Assembly: GCA_012842395.1 (NCBI GenBank)
Contig: DUSX01000029.1
Location: 109-64,108 of the forward strand
Direction of reading: 5' to 3'
Length of the DNA: 64,000 nt
Source of the DNA: Bacillota bacterium
GTDB lineage: Bacteria > Bacillota > SHA-98 > UBA4971
Shown: positions 61,298 through 64,000 of the stretch, in pieces
Position numbering within the stretch: the first letter of the stretch is position 1
Layout: each line of letters starts with the position of its first letter
Position numbers and translations under genes: made by a program
The notes under the pieces: model-generated
What the model was told of the DNA's origin: nothing
The model's input: only the letters and a program-made list of their open reading frames with translations
Database searches by the model: none

Positions 61298-62578
61298 ATG
61301 CTGGACATCAAGCTCATACGACAAAACCCTGAGATCGTGCGGGACGCCCTCGCTCGGCGCGGGGAAGACGACGCCGTTCTCGACGAGGTGCTTGCCGTAG
61401 ACGAGGAAAGGCGCAAGCTCATTTACGAGGTCGAGCAGCTGAAGAAGCGTCGGAACGAGGTTTCCGACGAAATCGCCCGGGTCAAGAAGAGCGGGGGGGA
61501 CGCTACCGACGCCATCCTGGAGATGCGCGACGTGTCCGCCAAGATCAAGGAGATGGATGACTCGGTGAGGGCGCTGGATGAAAAGCTCACGTCGCTCCTT
61601 CTCGCGATCCCTAACATCCCGCACTCGTCGGTCCCGACCGGCAAGGACGAGTCAGAGAACGTCGAGATCCGCCGGTGGGGCACACCTAGGAAGTTCGACT
61701 TCGAGCCCAAGCCCCACTGGGAGCTCGGCGTTGACCTCGGCATTCTTGATTTCGAGCGCGCCGCCAAGATAACCGGCGCGAGGTTCACCGTGTTCCGTGG
61801 AGCGGGCGCGCGCATGGTCCGGGCGCTCATTGCGTTCATGATCGACCTCCACACCAAAGAGCACGGCTACACCGAGGTTTACCCGCCGTTTCTTGTGAAC
61901 CGCGAGAGCATGATAGGGACGGGCCAACTCCCGAAGTTCGCCGAGGACATGTTCCGCTGCGAGGGCACTGATTACTACTTGATCCCCACGGCCGAGGTGC
62001 CTGTGACGAACCTCTACCGGGGCGAGATCCTCGAGGCGAGCGAGCTTCCCATATACCACGTGGCCTACACGGCGTGCTTCCGCGCGGAGGCGGGGTCCGC
62101 CGGACGAGACACTCGGGGCCTTGTGAGGCAGCATGAGTTCGACAAGGTTGAGCTCGTGAAGTTCGTAAGGCCTGAAACGTCCTACGACGAGCTCGAGAAG
62201 CTCGTACACGACGCTGAGGATGTCCTGAAGCGGCTTGAGCTGCCATACCGGGTCGTCATGATGTGTACGGGCGACGTCGGCTTCGCAGCCGCGAAGAAAT
62301 ATGATCCGGAGGTCTGGATGCCGAGTTACGGACGGTACGTGGAGATCTCGTCGTGCAGCAACTTCGAGGCCTTCCAGGCGAGACGTGCGGACATCAAGTT
62401 CCGTCCCGCCCCGGGCGCCAAGCCCGAGTATGTGCACACGCTGAACGGGTCTGGGCTCGCGGTGGGCCGCACCTTTGCCGCCATCCTGGAAAACTACCAG
62501 GAGGCGGACGGATCGGTGATCGTCCCGAAGGCCCTTCGACCGTACATGGACGGCCTCGAACGCATCGCGAAGGGATAG
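61298..62578 (+). CDS. serS: Seryl-tRNA synthetase
   Basis: [22 protein letters not shown] (N-terminal coiled-coil arm) plus class II motifs ([43 protein letters not shown]). Confidence 0.95.
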   Translation: MLDIKLIRQNPEIVRDALARRGEDDAVLDEVLAVDEERRKLIYEVEQLKKRRNEVSDEIARVKKSGGDATDAILEMRDVSAKIKEMDDSVRALDEKLTSLLLAIPNIPHSSVPTGKDESENVEIRRWGTPRKFDFEPKPHWELGVDLGILDFERAAKITGARFTVFRGAGARMVRALIAFMIDLHTKEHGYTEVYPPFLVNRESMIGTGQLPKFAEDMFRCEGTDYYLIPTAEVPVTNLYRGEILEASELPIYHVAYTACFRAEAGSAGRDTRGLVRQHEFDKVELVKFVRPETSYDELEKLVHDAEDVLKRLELPYRVVMMCTGDVGFAAAKKYDPEVWMPSYGRYVEISSCSNFEAFQARRADIKFRPAPGAKPEYVHTLNGSGLAVGRTFAAILENYQEADGSVIVPKALRPYMDGLERIAKG

Positions 62579-62663
62579 AAAGAGGGTTCGCGTCGGGCAC
62601 GTGCCCGTCTGCGCCGCGCGCTGCGCTGGCTGGCGGGCTCGGTGCCGCGCGCCGGCGTGCTCC

Positions 62664-62693
62664 TTGCCCTGGGAAGGCCGTGCGTGGTATAAT
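62664..62693 (+). promoter_or_regulatory. Promoter for tRNA-Ser (TTGCCC-18-TGgTATAAT, extended -10)
   Basis: Consensus-like extended -10, about 45 nt upstream of the tRNA 5' end. Confidence 0.5.
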
Positions 62694-62739
62694 CGTCGTG
62701 TCGGGAGAGGCCTTTCGTCCATCTCCCAGCAGGGCCTGC

Positions 62740-62831
62740 GGAGGAGTGCCCGAGCTGGCTTAAGGGAGCGGTCTTGAAAATCGCCAGGGTCCTCTGGGCC
62801 CTCGTGGGTTCGAATCCCACCTCCTCCGCCA
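62740..62831 (+). tRNA. tRNA-Ser: tRNA-Ser (anticodon UGA), long variable arm
   Basis: Acceptor stem GGAGGAG/CTCCTCC. Anticodon stem-loop GCGGT-cTTGAAAa-ATCGC (anticodon TGA). Extended variable arm, T-loop GGTTCGAATCC, encoded CCA. Confidence 0.9.
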
Positions 62832-63005
62832 CTATTTATGTACGTGATGCTATTCGCGTTCGCGATAACACCATGTGTCGCGCGCCCCACGCATTGGCGT
62901 CACATCGCGTCACATCTGGTGTACCCCGCCGGTCCACGGTCGCCCCTTGACGCACGTGCCTCACCGTCAGCATAGCCTCCAGGGGGCCGCAACGCTGTTT
63001 GCGCC

Positions 63006-63172
63006 CAAGTATGTCGCCAAAAGTCCGCACTGTTTTCCGGCGGAGGGGGGCCTGCCCAGGGTTGCCGGTGCTTGCACGACGGGGCGTGGAGAATTTGGCT
63101 ATCTCGCGCGCCAAATTCGAACGAGGCGCGCCGCAAGCGCGCCGTCCCCGCAGCGCAACACCGGCAACCTAG
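63006..63172 (+). repeat. Intergenic hairpin repeat element, copy G: forward left end, core in opposite orientation, alternative right end
   Basis: AAGTATGTCGCCAAAAGTCCGCAC...CAGGGTTGCCGGTGCTTG is followed by a core that aligns with the copy B/E orientation (CACGACGGGGCGTGGAGAATTTGGCTATCTCGCGCGCCAAATTCGAACGAGGCGCGCCGCAAGCGCGCCGTCCCCG). It ends with CAACACCGGCAACCTAGGG. Confidence 0.7.
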
Positions 63173-63390
63173 GGCCCCTGCGTCCGTCGCCGCCGCCGTG
63201 CTCCTGCCCTTGCAGGAGCGGAACGGCTGCACCCACGGCGAGGCCACGGCGAGGCTCGTTCTGCCACGCGCCGGCGACGCTGGACGCGGCGCTGAAGCTG
63301 AACATGATGCTTGGCCGACGTGCGGTGACGATGCGGCACGTCAGCAACGCCCCCGGAGAGCAAGCCGGTAGACGAGGGAGTCGGTGTCGT

Positions 63391-64000
63391 ATGGTGCCGA
63401 CGACGAGAGAAATCGAATGCAAGTCGATCCTGACCAAGTCCGGGATCCCTGGCGTGGACTTTTCCCTTAACCCATACGTGGGATGCGCCCACGCTTGCGT
63501 GTATTGCTATGCGCCATGCATCGTGAGCCGGTTCAGGGGCCGTCAGGAACCGTGGGGGAGCTTCGTCGACATCAAGGCGAACGCTCCGGCAGCACTGCGG
63601 CGCGCACTGCGACGGGTGAACCGCGGAGTCATTCTCTTATCTAGCGTAACGGATCCCTATCAACCCGTTGAGCACAAGACCAGGCTTACGCGGGCGTGCT
63701 TGGCTGAGATGTCGATAAGCCCCGCCCAGGTTTCCATCCTGACCAAGTCCGACCTCGTTACCCGCGACATGGACATTCTCGGTGCCATTTCCTGGGTCGA
63801 GGTGGGCTTCAGCATCAGCACAGCGGACGACGAGATCGCTCGGGCGCTGGAGCCTGGAGCGTCTCCTCCTTCAAGGCGATTCGCGGCATTAGAGAAGTTG
63901 TCGGCAGCAGGGCTGAGAACGTGGGTGTTCATTGCTCCTGCCATCCCAGGGATCAGTGAACTTTGGGAACAGCTCGAGCCGATCTACGCACGGGCCAGAG
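63391..64000 (+). CDS. Radical SAM protein, SplB/'DNA repair photolyase' (COG1533)-like, 3'-truncated at window edge
   Basis: ECKSILTKSGIPGVDFSLNPYVGCAHACVYCYA contains the CxxxCxxC radical-SAM cluster motif in SplB-like context. GAGGGAG RBS. The frame stays open to the window end. Confidence 0.7.
   Translation, partial: MVPTTREIECKSILTKSGIPGVDFSLNPYVGCAHACVYCYAPCIVSRFRGRQEPWGSFVDIKANAPAALRRALRRVNRGVILLSSVTDPYQPVEHKTRLTRACLAEMSISPAQVSILTKSDLVTRDMDILGAISWVEVGFSISTADDEIARALEPGASPPSRRFAALEKLSAAGLRTWVFIAPAIPGISELWEQLEPIYARAR

Noticed and set aside
61652-62890. 412-aa minus-strand ORF over serS and tRNA-Ser
   Set aside because: It is antisense to canonical SerS and runs through a tRNA gene.

Overview
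High-GC (~68%) chromosomal window with dense housekeeping coding and no prophage, CRISPR or rRNA. Gene order matches the Bacillus/Clostridia sporulation backbone (mfd-spoVT-yabM-mazG-yabP-yabQ-divIC-yabR; coaX-dus-greA-lysS), so the source is probably a high-GC sporulating Firmicute-like organism such as a Symbiobacterium, Thermaerobacter or Limnochordia type. That assignment is inferred from synteny and GC only.

Content in order:
- Late flagellar genes (fliC 3' part, fliS, flaG, fliD, a FlgN/FliT-like ORF), followed by a sigma54-dependent two-component system.
- A HEAT-repeat hypothetical protein, a YjjX-like ITPase and a DUF1540 protein.
- speE, a Fur-family regulator, a frameshifted feoB, feoA and a small membrane protein.
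- The mfd-to-yabR block, a DUF501 protein, two MFS genes, a UPF0016 protein and coaX.
- An apparent in-frame HflX-Dus fusion, two uncharacterised genes, greA and lysS.
- A SorC-regulated cluster: ECF importer (S, fused A1A2, T), PfkB kinase, ADP-ribosylglycohydrolase-family protein, class I aldolase, Zn-dehydrogenase, FGGY kinase, MFS, and two secreted proteins (one AlkP/NPP-like).
- tRNA-Ala(CGC), an S49/SDH-type protease, pdxST, glyA, a CBS-PAS-HD protein, porGDAB, a T-box-like leader with serS, tRNA-Ser(UGA), and the start of a radical-SAM (SplB-like) gene.

The most unusual non-coding signal is a family of about 200-bp hairpin-forming intergenic repeats: seven or more copies in both orientations, bounded by a 12-bp inverted repeat GGGTTGCCGGTG/CACCGGCAACCC. 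One copy carries its core in the opposite orientation. The large antisense ORFs in the six-frame track are GC-driven artefacts. Interior start codons were placed by codon offset from the ORF-track starts; the displayed numbering read about 1 nt off at one or two spots, so hand-derived coordinates (repeats, promoters, terminators) may be off by 1-2 nt.
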